64,000 nt of DNA from an uncultured Spirochaetota bacterium (GTDB lineage: Bacteria > Spirochaetota > Spirochaetia > SZUA-6 > Fen-1364): contig CAWGAA010000001.1 of NCBI GenBank assembly GCA_963820525.1, positions 896,001 through 960,000 of the forward strand, written 5' to 3'. A program made the translations under genes and the position numbers. The notes under the pieces were generated by a model that had not been told where the DNA came from, did no database searches, and saw only the letters and a list, made by a program, of their open reading frames with translations. Below, piece by piece: positions 19,232 to 29,398 of this stretch; within the stretch, counting starts at the first letter, position 1, and each line of letters begins with the position of its first letter.

Positions 19232-20347
19232 CTACACCTCGAGGGAATAGGTATCCGCATCTGCGGGGTCGAACACCTCATCCGCCCAGAAGAGCGTGAT
19301 GAGCTCAGTTTCGCCTATGTTTGTTATTGAATGGGCATATCCGACGGGGATATCGACAACGCGAAGCTCGTCACCCGACACAGGATACTGCAGCGTTTTC
19401 CCGTCATTGATATGGCGGAATTTGATGAGTGCGCGTCCTTGGATGACGAGGAACTTCTCCGCTTTGGTATGATGCCAATGGTTTCCGCGCGTGATGCCTG
19501 GTTTCGTCTTGGAGATGAAAATCTGACCGAATGAGGCGCACTTCATGAATTCGGCCAGCCAGCCGCGATCGTCCCTCTTTATTTCGAGCGCATAGCTGAA
19601 TTCCTCTTCGGGCAGGAAGGATAACCATGTTGCGTAGAGCCTTCGCGCGAAACCGCTCTCCATGGACGGCATGACGAGGCTCTTCCGGCTGGAGACGAAT
19701 GTTGCAAGAAGATCGGAGATCTCTCCGAGGGTCATTGTATAGGTCTGGCCGACCCGGCAGAAACCGTCAGGATCCGGGCTCATCTCGCCGTCGAGCGCCG
19801 CGATAAACGATTCGGCAACATCGTCGATGTAGACAAGGTTGAGTTCAGTCGAGGGGTCATTGATCTCGATGGGCAGGCTGCGTGTCGTATTATAGCACCA
19901 CGTGGCGATTACTGAATTATAATTCGGTCGACACCATTTCCCGAACACGTTCGGAAGGCGAAACACGAATACCGGCGCGCCGGTCTTTGCGCCGTATTCT
20001 CGTACGGCTTCCTCCGCGGCCAGCTTGCTCCTGCCGTACGGATTATCCAGCGCTGCCTGTGAAGAAGAGGAGATGAGCAGCGGTATTCCATCATTTCTCG
20101 TGGCGAGGAGGCCGGCAAGTTCCTCCGTCAACAGTGTATTGCCCGTTTCGAATTCGGAAATATCTTTGGGGCGGTTGATGCCTGCCAGATGCATGACGAA
20201 ATCCGCAGCTCGGACCCCTTCCAAAAGATCGGCGCGCGCATTTGCCTGGTCGAAGCAGATCAGCCGGATATCCTCCCGGCGCTCGAGTCGGGAACGAATA
20301 TTCCGCCCAATGAAGCCCTCGGCCCCGGTGAGAAGCACGGTTTTCAT
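19232..20347 (-). CDS. fnlB: UDP-sugar 4-reductase with C-terminal cupin (FnlB/WbjC/Cap5F type)
   Basis: TGAEGFIGRN, HLAGINRP, YGRSK, LPNVFGKWCRPNYNS and RGNHWHHTK.EKF motifs. Confidence 0.92.
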   Translation of the reverse strand: MKTVLLTGAEGFIGRNIRSRLERREDIRLICFDQANARADLLEGVRAADFVMHLAGINRPKDISEFETGNTLLTEELAGLLATRNDGIPLLISSSSQAALDNPYGRSKLAAEEAVREYGAKTGAPVFVFRLPNVFGKWCRPNYNSVIATWCYNTTRSLPIEINDPSTELNLVYIDDVAESFIAALDGEMSPDPDGFCRVGQTYTMTLGEISDLLATFVSSRKSLVMPSMESGFARRLYATWLSFLPEEEFSYALEIKRDDRGWLAEFMKCASFGQIFISKTKPGITRGNHWHHTKAEKFLVIQGRALIKFRHINDGKTLQYPVSGDELRVVDIPVGYAHSITNIGETELITLFWADEVFDPADADTYSLEV

Positions 20348-21369
20348 CGGGTAGCCGTCCGCTCCGCGAGCTCCTCGCGCATGAAATCCAGCTTGAGAAG
20401 AAGCTCCTTTATCTCTTCGACGTCCAACCTACGGGTATTCTCCGATGTATATTCCCAACCCCTGGAAATCTGCTCCTCGCCTTGAACGAAAAACTTATCG
20501 TAATTCAGGTCCCGTGTATCGGCGGGGATGCGATAATAGTCGCCCAGATCTTCGGCCTTGGCCATCTCCTCACGGGTGAGGAGGGTCTCATGAAGCTTCT
20601 CGCCATGGCGCGTCCCTATTATTCTGACCTCGCAGTCTGCGCCCATGAGCTCCATGACCGCCTTCGCGAGATCCGCGATGGTCGACGCAGGCGCTTTCTG
20701 GACGAATATATCCCCCGGCACCGCGTGCTTGAACGCGAAGATCACCAACTCCACCGCGTCTTCGAGGGACATCAGGTAGCGGGTCATGTTCGGATCCGTG
20801 ATGGAAATCGGCGAACCGCTCTTGATCTGTTGAACGAAAAGGGGGATTACGGACCCGCGCGATGCCATGACGTTTCCATAGCGCGTGCCGCAGATGATAG
20901 TCTTTTCCGCGGTAACGGTCCTCGATTTCGCCACCATCACTTTTTCCATCATGGCTTTTGAGATACCCATGGCGTTGATCGGATAGACGGCCTTATCCGT
21001 CGAAAGGCAGATGACCTTTTTCACGTTGTGCTGCACCGCCGCCGTGAGCACGTTATCCGTTCCGATGACATTTGTTTGGACGGCCTCCATTGGAAAGAAT
21101 TCGCACGAGGGAACTTGTTTCAACGCCGCCGCCTGGAAAACGTAATCCACTCCGTGTATCGCGCTTGCGATGCTGTTGAAGTTTCGAACGTCGCCGATGT
21201 AGAACTTTATTTTATCGCTATTATATTGTCTTCGCATGTCGTCTTGTTTTTTTTCATCGCGGGAGAATATTCGTATTTCTTTTATATCCGTACTCAAGAA
21301 TCGCTTGAGCACTGCATTACCGAACGAGCCCGTTCCGCCGGTAATTAGCAGAGTCTTGTCTTTAAACAT
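20344..21369 (-). CDS. fnlA: UDP-GlcNAc 4,6-dehydratase/5-epimerase (FnlA/WbjB/Cap5E type)
   Basis: TGGTGSFGNAV, FSRDEKKQDDMR, AALKQVPSCEFFP and RYGNVMASRGSVIP motifs. Confidence 0.95.
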   Translation of the reverse strand: MFKDKTLLITGGTGSFGNAVLKRFLSTDIKEIRIFSRDEKKQDDMRRQYNSDKIKFYIGDVRNFNSIASAIHGVDYVFQAAALKQVPSCEFFPMEAVQTNVIGTDNVLTAAVQHNVKKVICLSTDKAVYPINAMGISKAMMEKVMVAKSRTVTAEKTIICGTRYGNVMASRGSVIPLFVQQIKSGSPISITDPNMTRYLMSLEDAVELVIFAFKHAVPGDIFVQKAPASTIADLAKAVMELMGADCEVRIIGTRHGEKLHETLLTREEMAKAEDLGDYYRIPADTRDLNYDKFFVQGEEQISRGWEYTSENTRRLDVEEIKELLLKLDFMREELAERTATR

Positions 21370-21399
21370 CCATTACTCCTATGGTCCTGCTTATTTTTC

Positions 21400-21990
21400 C
21401 GAGTGACCTTTTTTTCTTGGGCCGCTATCTGCTTTTCAAGCTCCTGAGTTGTTTTCCGGCTGATCGTGAATGATTTGCTGTTAAGAATTATTTCTAGAAT
21501 ACTCATCGCGCTTATTGCGATTCTGAGCGTACTGAGGATCGCCAAACTCGACTTCTAGTCTGATTATCCCCGATTTATCATCACATGCGACGGAAAGGAT
21601 CTTTTTTGCATTATTTCGGTTGCTACGTTGAAGGGGTCTTCTTTCAGGGTTTTTCAAGATTCGTTGAACCAAATCTAATTCCCGGATTACTTGTTCACAG
21701 AGCGTGCGGCTTTTCAGGATTGCGATTATTTTTTGGCTTGGCGTCGACGTCCCGCCGATGGCGGGGAGATTGATTCCTACCATCGACGCGAGCGATGCAT
21801 ATTGTGACATCATCGAATTCTGATCCGCTGTTATCGGCATGAGAGTCGTTGTGGATGTATTCGTGGGAGGTATAAGAAAGCCCAAGACAAGCGATCCGGC
21901 GGCAAATACGGCGGCGATTGCCGCTATCATCCATTTCCGCTTCCAAACAACAACGAATAGGTTTACGAAGTTTATACCTTCAACATGCAT
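21400..21990 (-). pseudogene. Truncated, multiply frameshifted second wzz copy
   Basis: Fragments WKRKWMIA, SQYASLA, TSTPSQKIIAILKSRTLCEQV, DPFNVATE and ILNSKSFTISRK..QEKKV align across several frames to the N-terminal half of the wzz at 16867-18039. It ends just before the fnlA RBS. Confidence 0.8.
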
Positions 21991-22139
21991 TTGTAAGGAC
22001 GAATTCGGGTAGACCAATCGTTTCTTTGAGCCTTCGCGTATTCCCGCCATTTCAAACTCCCATTTGTACAAGACCCATGCGCATAACGCGCCGGTTCCTA
22101 TGTTTTCCTGTTGACTCTAGTTATGCCCACCATCAACCC

Positions 22140-25100
22140 CTACTTCACGATCGCGTAGACGCTGAGCGCGGTGCTCGCGAGGTTGGCGAGGATCTGTGCA
22201 ATGTCGCGGGTTACCGGCAGGATGTAGTTCGGCGTGACCTCTTTCTTGCCCACGACGATCGTGTCGCCCGCATAGACGGGATCCTGGTCAATTGTGGGAG
22301 GTATCCAGAGAAACCCCATTTTCTGCTTTGGGCTGATGACGCTCCCATCCGCGCGTATCATGTAGGTTTTGCTCGAATCCCCATTTTCCGTAACGCCGCC
22401 GACGGAAGAAAGATAATCCTTGACTCTGAGGCCTTCACGGTAGGCCACGGTTATCGGATTGAAGACCTCCCCGATGATCTGGACGAATGAGGGCGTCTTC
22501 GGGATGAAGATGCTGTCACCATCATCGAGCGGGAGATCGTCGGGCGTGCCGACGAGCGCCTCGATTGTTTTCGGCATGTGAACGGATATCCGCCCGAGCA
22601 CTCCGGAGATCTGGGTTCGCAGCGCATCGATCTCGGCCTTCTGGGCCTCCATTTGCAGCCGCGCGATTGCAGCGGCATCAGAGCCCGAGACGTTTGAAAA
22701 AGCCTGCGCCGTTGCCTCGCTGATATTTTGTGAAAGCGTCAGGCTCAGGATATTGGCCGCCCGGTCAAGCTGTTCCCTCTGCAGATCCGCGGCGCTCTTT
22801 TTGAGCAGGACGATCCCTTGCGGAAACGCATCCTGAGCAAAGCCTCCTGCCCCCCGAAGCGCTTCCGAAAGGCGCATTCCCTGGTGGAAGAGCTGCGCGC
22901 CCGGATTGTTCACCTGCCCGCGAACGATTATCTGAGCATTCTTCTCGTTCTCTGACGTGGGTGAGAATACGATCCGGTCTCCAGGAAGAAGGACAATATC
23001 GGAGGAAATCCGCTGCCCGAGGAAATCCCTGAGATAGATGACGACGCGGTCTCTCGACAGTGACTCGTCGCCCAAAGCCGGCGCGGAAGGAGCCATTGGC
23101 GGCTGCGACTGCGTATTGGGCTGACTCTGATTGTTCGGTTGGGACGGCATCTGATTTGGATTCGATTGCACGGTCGCCTGGACTGCCTGGCTGGCAATCG
23201 CTTGCGCCGTCGGCTGGACCTGAGAGCTATTCGCGGCAGCTTGCGCAGCCTGTTGCGTGGGATAGAGCGAGCCCTGACCTGGGAAAGCCTGGCTTTGAGG
23301 CTGGCTGGGAAGGATGGGCTGTGGCTGCGTAGGCTGTACTGTTTGGGATGTATTCGCCAACGGCGGTTGCTGCGGCGCATTCGCCTGTGCGACGGGAGAG
23401 AGGATGGGAGCAGGCTGGAGGGGGTTCTCGCGGTAGATGTATGCTTTCATTTCCTTGGCATCCCCATTAAGGCTTACCATCCTGAGGATATCCACCAGAT
23501 TGATCCCGTCGTAGTAGAGGACAACCTTGGATTCCTTAACCGAACCGGATACTTCAATGGGCGAGTCGATCGTCTTTGGGAAAAAGCGGATGCGGTCCAG
23601 AGGCTTCAATTCGACATCCGCCTTTCCGTCGGCTACATCCTCGGGACAAAACGTGAGCATGGTTTCGCTGCCCGACCCCATTTCGTGGCGTCGTATTTCG
23701 GCGTATTGGAGGTTTGTGTCGATGAGGAACTCTTGGCTGCTCAAGATTTCCTTCAACCTCATCCCCTGGCTCCAGGCGTACATGCCGGGATAGCGGATGG
23801 TGCCTTCCATTGTCATCGTTTCGGGGTAGCTATCCAGATCAACATCCGCCGAATCGTCGCCAAAACGGAAGAAGCTCACGCGGTCGAGGGCCTGGAGGGG
23901 CGCGTCCCACAAGCCGTCGAGGACCTTCCGAGGCTGGAAGACGGAGTTTCGGGTATAGCCGCCCTTCTCGGTACGGCAGATCCGCGCGTAGAAAAGGTTG
24001 GTATCCGGCATGAGTTTGACGCGGTCCAGGAGAGCGCGCAGCGTGGGCATTGAATCCAGGGAATAGGAACCGGGGAACTTGACCTCGCCGTCCACGTCGA
24101 TCCTGTTGACCAGAAGATCCCGAACGGGATCCACCCGCACGAGGTCTCCATTCATGAGGGGAGTGGCGGCGATATCCGAGCCCTTGGATCCGTCGCTGAT
24201 GATGCGCCGGTGTTCAGAATCGAAGCGAACGACGCTCGTGCCCGGCGGGTACGCCGAAGGGAGCATCCCGCCGGCCAGGCCAAGGAGGTCGGAAACTGTC
24301 TTCTCACCCTTGAGTTCGTAGATGCTTGGGCGTTTCACCGCTCCCGTAACGCCCACGACGGTTCCTATCTCGCGCACGAGGATTGAATCGTTCTCGCGCA
24401 CCTGGACGTCCGTTGACTTTCCCGAAATGAGCACATCGTAGAGATCGAATACCATCCCCTTCTCCTGGCCTTTATGGGTCAGGACGATGTTCCTGAGGCT
24501 CCCCGTCTTCATGATGCCGCCGGCCTGGGAGATGACGTCGAAGAGGGAGTTTACGGCGCTGGCCATCACAACGCCGGGCGAGTTCACGAACCCCGCAACG
24601 TATACGGGAAACTGGCGTATCTGGGAAAGGGTGATGCTGAGATCGAACTTCTTGTATTTTTTCGACATGGCGGATTTCAGGTAGGCCTTTACCGATTGCA
24701 GGTCCAGCCCCCAGGCCGTGAAGTGACCCGACGGGGGGGAAGAAACACAGCCCGTTTCTGTCCACCGGAAGCTCGTACCGGGAATCCATGTTAGCGATGT
24801 CCATTGCGTCTCCCCAGATGTAGACGACGAGAACGTCTCCCGGCCCGACTACGTAATCATCCCCAACAGCGGAGAAGGAAGAGAAAGAGCTCTGCGAGAA
24901 GAAATCATAGCCGAATTGCTGGAGGGGGGAGAATCCTGCGGAACGGCGGGCGCGAACATGGCTTCGATTGAAGACGGCCCAGCGGGGACCAGGACAATCT
25001 TGCCGAGAACGGGATTTTGCAGGTTTGCTGCGTTTTCCGAAGTTCCAGCCTGCTCGGTTGACCGTTGGCTCTTGGTCGATGGGAGGGACAATGTCCCTCC

Positions 25101-25280
25101 GATTCCAGCGCCCTGCAGTGCTTTGAGGATATCCGCCGCTTGTGAAGAGGAGATGCCCCCCTGGCCGGAGCCCCCGCTTGAGCCTCCGCCGATTCCGGTA
25201 TTCTGCGCGCCGAGAGACCAGCAGGCAAACGAAAAAACTATGAGCAGAGCGACCCTCTTACAGTTGCCGTAAGCGATCAT
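22140..25280 (-). CDS. SLBB-repeat polysaccharide export protein (Wza/KpsD-like), with two compensating frameshifts near 24925 and 24730
   Basis: Signal peptide from 25280; QFGYDFF..DYVVGPGD.L.VYIWG in the shifted frame; repeated V.G.V..PG.Y..L..AGG SLBB motifs; C-terminal RDIAQILANLA helix. Confidence 0.85.
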
Positions 25281-25649
25281 TGATTATTACCTTCCTTGTA
25301 GCTGCCGGCACATGGATTCCAAGCAGCGAGGAGTGTGAAGCTTCGGGTCAAATAACATAACCGATTTTATAACAAGGAAATAAGTTAGTACACGGGACAG
25401 AGAGCAGCGCAAACGCAACTATACTCAGGATATGAAACGGCTCAAAACGCATATCCAGCCAGAGATGGTATGAAGTCCGCGAAAACAACGAAGGCGGCCG
25501 GAACTCGCTCTTCTTTTTCCGGGACGAGTTTTAACAGAGGTTAATGATTATTCTACATGGACAGACTACGAGACGCATTACCCCGATACTGGTAGCTCCC
25601 AATTCCTCCATAACCTCGAATTTATAATACTATAGCCCTTGCCAAAAAG

Positions 25650-25678
25650 AGTATAGCCCCCGAATTCCCCCCTGTCAA
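25650..25678 (-). promoter_or_regulatory. sigma70 promoter of the polysaccharide operon
   Basis: Minus strand TTGACA (25678-25673), 17-bp spacer, TATACT (25655-25650). Confidence 0.7.
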
Positions 25679-25698
25679 TCCGGCGGGCATCAGGGCCC

Positions 25699-25763
25699 TT
25701 GACGACCCAGGAATTTTTGTATAGCCTCACTTAAATTTCGTATCCGAACTATTCGTAATCGAG
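25699..25763 (+). promoter_or_regulatory. marR operon promoter and tandem operator-like dyads
   Basis: TTGACG (25699-25704), 17-bp spacer, TAGCCT (25722-25727); then TTCG-tatc-CGAA (25737-25748) and TTCG-taat-CGAG (25752-25763). Confidence 0.55.
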
Positions 25764-25789
25764 ATTTTCTCAAGGCGGAATACAAGCGT

Positions 25790-26218
25790 ATGGAAGACGA
25801 GATCCAACTGGTAGAGCTTCTTCACCAGATCAACAGGAACATCTGGAAGCTTCTCTCCGACATATTCAGAAAAGAGCGGCTTTCCACAACCGAGATCATC
25901 GTGCTCGTGACCATGAGCAAGAAGAAAACCAGCCGCGTAACGGACCTTGCCGCGATGATAGGAATCCCTTGCAGCACCCTCACCGGCATCCTGGACAGGC
26001 TCGTGCTGCAGGGCTTTCTCGAGCGCAGCCAGGATCCCGATGACAGAAGGAGCGTCCTCATGAGCGCGACACCGAAGCTCGGCACCTTCATAGCCGACCG
26101 CATCTCCCCCATGAAGGACACGCTGCGCATGGCCTTCAAATCCATGCCGAAGCCCCGCATCAAGCGGCTCATGCAAGATCTCCATTTCGTCGTCGAGAGC
26201 CTGGAACGGAAGGACTAG
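25790..26218 (+). CDS. MarR family transcriptional regulator
   Basis: DLAAMIGIPCSTLTGILDRLV..GFLERSQDPDDRRSV wHTH motif. Confidence 0.92.
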   Translation: MEDEIQLVELLHQINRNIWKLLSDIFRKERLSTTEIIVLVTMSKKKTSRVTDLAAMIGIPCSTLTGILDRLVLQGFLERSQDPDDRRSVLMSATPKLGTFIADRISPMKDTLRMAFKSMPKPRIKRLMQDLHFVVESLERKD

Positions 26219-26246
26219 CGCGGCCTCCAGGAAAGGGAACAGATAC

Positions 26247-27653
26247 ATGCAGTCACGGATGATCGCGATGGCCCTCCTTCTGCTCGTTTCGGTCCATGCT
26301 CCGGGGATCTGGGCCCAGGCGACTCCGCTATCCATCGAGGATGCGGTTGCCATGGCGCTGGAGAAGGACCCGAGCGTAAAGAGCTCGAGCTGGGACTGGC
26401 TTTCGGCATCAGCCAAGGCGGAGGCGGCCGGCTGGCGGATGCTGCCCTCCCTGTCGTTTGCCGCCGGTTACCAGAAGTTGAGCGATTTGCCGCCGGCATC
26501 GCTAGAAATAGCCAACCCCTTCGCTCCCGCCGGCCCGCCCCTCGATTTCAGCTTCCCCCCTTCCCTCACCAACTTGTATTCCTTCTCCCTGAATATGCAG
26601 TACCCGGTTTTCGCCGGCTTCCGCATCCGGGAAGCGGCCGCGCTGGCGCAGCTTCAGGCCCAGGGCAAGCGGATGGCGCTGGAGATGGTGAAGAAGTCTC
26701 TCGTGTTTGAGGTGCGGCGCGCGTACTGGGAAGCGGTTCGTGCCACAAACAACGTCCAGACCCTCCAGAAGAACCTCGAGCTCATGAAAGTGAACCGCGA
26801 GCTCGCCGCCCGGCAGGTTTCCCAGGGAATCGCGACCCGGGCGGACCAGCTTGCCGCGGACACGCGTTATATCCAGGCCGATCTGGATCTTGGAGACGCG
26901 GTTTCCCTCCAGAAACGCTCCTATCTGGTTATTGCGTCCTTGATCGGCGCCGCCGCGGACACCCTCACGCTGTCGGCCGATCCGATGGATGGGGAGCCGC
27001 CCTTCACCCTCGCCACTCATCCCGAGGACCGGGTGCCTCCCATTATGAGCGAAACCCTGGATGAAAATGCCCTGATATCGGCCGCAATGGAGAGGCGCCC
27101 CGAAACCCGATCTTCCGCGATCTCGCTCCTGCTCGCCCGGCATAATGTCGGCCTCGCGCAGGCGGGCCTGTACCCCACTTTGACCCTCACGGGCAATTAC
27201 ACCCTTGCCGATCCGAATTCGCGCGTGCCGTTCCAGAGCGATCCCACGGCATTCACGGGCACGTGGTCTCTGGGGATCCAGCTCAGCTACGATATCAGCG
27301 GAATACCGGCCGGCCTTGCGGAGAGCGACGCGCAAAGCCTTGCGGTCAGGAAAGCGGAGAGCGACGCGCAGAAGCAGGCCAACACCGTCGTCCTCGACGT
27401 CAAAACGTGCATCCTCAACCTCCAGAGGGCGAGGCGCGACCTCGCTTTGATCCGGGGAATGATAGAGCAGTCCAGGGAAAACGTCAGGGTAACCCAGCAG
27501 AGGCTCGAAGCTGGAACGGCGAACACCCTGGATGTGCTCACCGCGCAATTCAACCTCCTCAGGGCCGGTTTTTCAGTCACGAATAAGGAGATCGACGCCC
27601 AGATTGCGTCAGCCGATCTGGCGCGCGCGATCTCCCTCGATGAGATCGAATAG
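26247..27653 (+). CDS. TolC family outer-membrane efflux protein
   Basis: Signal peptide, LSIEDAVAMALE, duplicated OEP repeats (LPSLS / YPTLT), G.ANTLDVL.AQ. Confidence 0.88.
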   Translation: MQSRMIAMALLLLVSVHAPGIWAQATPLSIEDAVAMALEKDPSVKSSSWDWLSASAKAEAAGWRMLPSLSFAAGYQKLSDLPPASLEIANPFAPAGPPLDFSFPPSLTNLYSFSLNMQYPVFAGFRIREAAALAQLQAQGKRMALEMVKKSLVFEVRRAYWEAVRATNNVQTLQKNLELMKVNRELAARQVSQGIATRADQLAADTRYIQADLDLGDAVSLQKRSYLVIASLIGAAADTLTLSADPMDGEPPFTLATHPEDRVPPIMSETLDENALISAAMERRPETRSSAISLLLARHNVGLAQAGLYPTLTLTGNYTLADPNSRVPFQSDPTAFTGTWSLGIQLSYDISGIPAGLAESDAQSLAVRKAESDAQKQANTVVLDVKTCILNLQRARRDLALIRGMIEQSRENVRVTQQRLEAGTANTLDVLTAQFNLLRAGFSVTNKEIDAQIASADLARAISLDEIE

Positions 27654-27667
27654 ATAGGCCGGGATCC

Positions 27668-29398
27668 ATGATCAAGCTCTTCAGATACCTGAAACCCTAC
27701 ACGATACCGGTGGCAGCCGTCGTCGTTGTGGTCTTCTTCCAGTGCATGGCGGATCTGTACCTGCCAACCCTGATGTCCGACATCGTCAACAAGGGCATCA
27801 CCAACGGCGACATCGGCTACATCATGCAGACCGGCGGGCTCATGCTCCTGGTGGCATTGGGCGGCTCCGCCTGCGCGATCGTGGCCAGCTACCTGTCGTC
27901 CCACGCTTCGATGGGCTTCGGGGAGATCCTGCGCAGCAGGGTCTTCACACACGTTGCGAGCTTCTCGCTCCACGAGTTCGACAAATTGGGCACCCCATCG
28001 CTCGTGACGAGGAACACCAATGACGTGACCCAGATCCAGATGGTGACGCTTTTCATGATGAGGATGATGATCAGCGCCCCGATCATGGCGGTGGGCGGCA
28101 TCATCATGGCCGTCTCCAAGGATCCGGGGCTGTCATGGGTCATCGTCGTGGTCATCCCAATCCTGGCGGCCACCATCATTTCGCTGGCCGTGAAGGGCTT
28201 CCCCCTGTTCCGGGCCATCCAGAAGAAGATCGATCAGATAAACCTCGTGCTTCGCGAGGGGCTTACCGGCATCAGGGTGATCCGCGCCTTCAACAGGATC
28301 GACGACGAGAAGAGGCGCTTCCACGCTGCGAATTTCGATCTCATGCAGATCTCCGTCCAGGTCAACAGGATGTTCGCCATCATGATGCCCGTCATGATGC
28401 TGGTGATGAACTTCACCACCATCGCAATCATCTGGTTCGGCAGCATCCGCGTGGATCGGGGGGTCTCCAACATCGGAAACATGATGGCTTTCCTTCAGTA
28501 TGCCATGCAGATCCTGTTTTCCCTTCTCATGGCCTCCCTGATGTTCATCATGCTGCCCCGCGCCCAGGCGTCCGCGGACAGGATCAACGAGGTTTTGGCC
28601 ACCATCCCCGAGATCAAGGAGCCGAAACGGGCGCGAACGGCGGACAGCGCCACGAAAGGATACGTGGAGTTTCGAAACGTCACCTTCCGGTACCACGGCG
28701 CCGAGGAGCCGGCCATCAGCGGCATTTCCTTCTCGGCACGCCCGGGAGAGGTGACGGCAATCATCGGAAGCACCGGCTCGGGAAAGTCAACGCTCATCAA
28801 TCTCATCCCCCGTTTCTATGACGTCGACAGCGGGAGCATCCTGATAGACGGGGTGGATACGCGCGAGTATTTGCTGAAATCCTTGAGGGCCAAAATCGGC
28901 CTGGTTCCCCAGAAGGCGATCCTGTTCTCCGGTACCATTGCCGACAACATCCGCTACGGAAAGACGGACGCCACGGACGATGAGGTGAGGCGGGCCGCCG
29001 AAACGGCGCAGGCCACCGAGTTCATCAGTGCGATGAAGGACGAATTCGATTCGATCATAGCCCAGGGCGGCACCAACGTCTCCGGCGGGCAGAAGCAGCG
29101 GCTCTCCATTGCGCGGGCCCTGGTGAAAAAGCCGGAGATATTTCTCTTCGACGACAGCTTCTCCGCGCTCGATTTCAAGACCGACGCGCGGCTTCGCTCT
29201 GCGCTGAAAAAAGAGACCTCCGATGCGACCGTGCTGATCGTGGGACAGCGGGTGGCTACGATCATGGACGCCGACAGGATCATCGTCCTGGACGAGGGGC
29301 GGATCGCAGGGATGGGCAGGCACCGGGACCTGTACACGTCGTGCGAGGTCTATCGGGAAATCGTCGCTTCCCAGCTCTCCGAAGAGGAGATAGCATGA
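27668..29398 (+). CDS. ABC exporter, fused TMD-NBD, degenerate-site subunit of a heterodimer
   Basis: GSTGSGKST, VSGGQKQR and non-canonical Walker B FDDSFSALD. Confidence 0.93.
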   Translation: MIKLFRYLKPYTIPVAAVVVVVFFQCMADLYLPTLMSDIVNKGITNGDIGYIMQTGGLMLLVALGGSACAIVASYLSSHASMGFGEILRSRVFTHVASFSLHEFDKLGTPSLVTRNTNDVTQIQMVTLFMMRMMISAPIMAVGGIIMAVSKDPGLSWVIVVVIPILAATIISLAVKGFPLFRAIQKKIDQINLVLREGLTGIRVIRAFNRIDDEKRRFHAANFDLMQISVQVNRMFAIMMPVMMLVMNFTTIAIIWFGSIRVDRGVSNIGNMMAFLQYAMQILFSLLMASLMFIMLPRAQASADRINEVLATIPEIKEPKRARTADSATKGYVEFRNVTFRYHGAEEPAISGISFSARPGEVTAIIGSTGSGKSTLINLIPRFYDVDSGSILIDGVDTREYLLKSLRAKIGLVPQKAILFSGTIADNIRYGKTDATDDEVRRAAETAQATEFISAMKDEFDSIIAQGGTNVSGGQKQRLSIARALVKKPEIFLFDDSFSALDFKTDARLRSALKKETSDATVLIVGQRVATIMDADRIIVLDEGRIAGMGRHRDLYTSCEVYREIVASQLSEEEIA

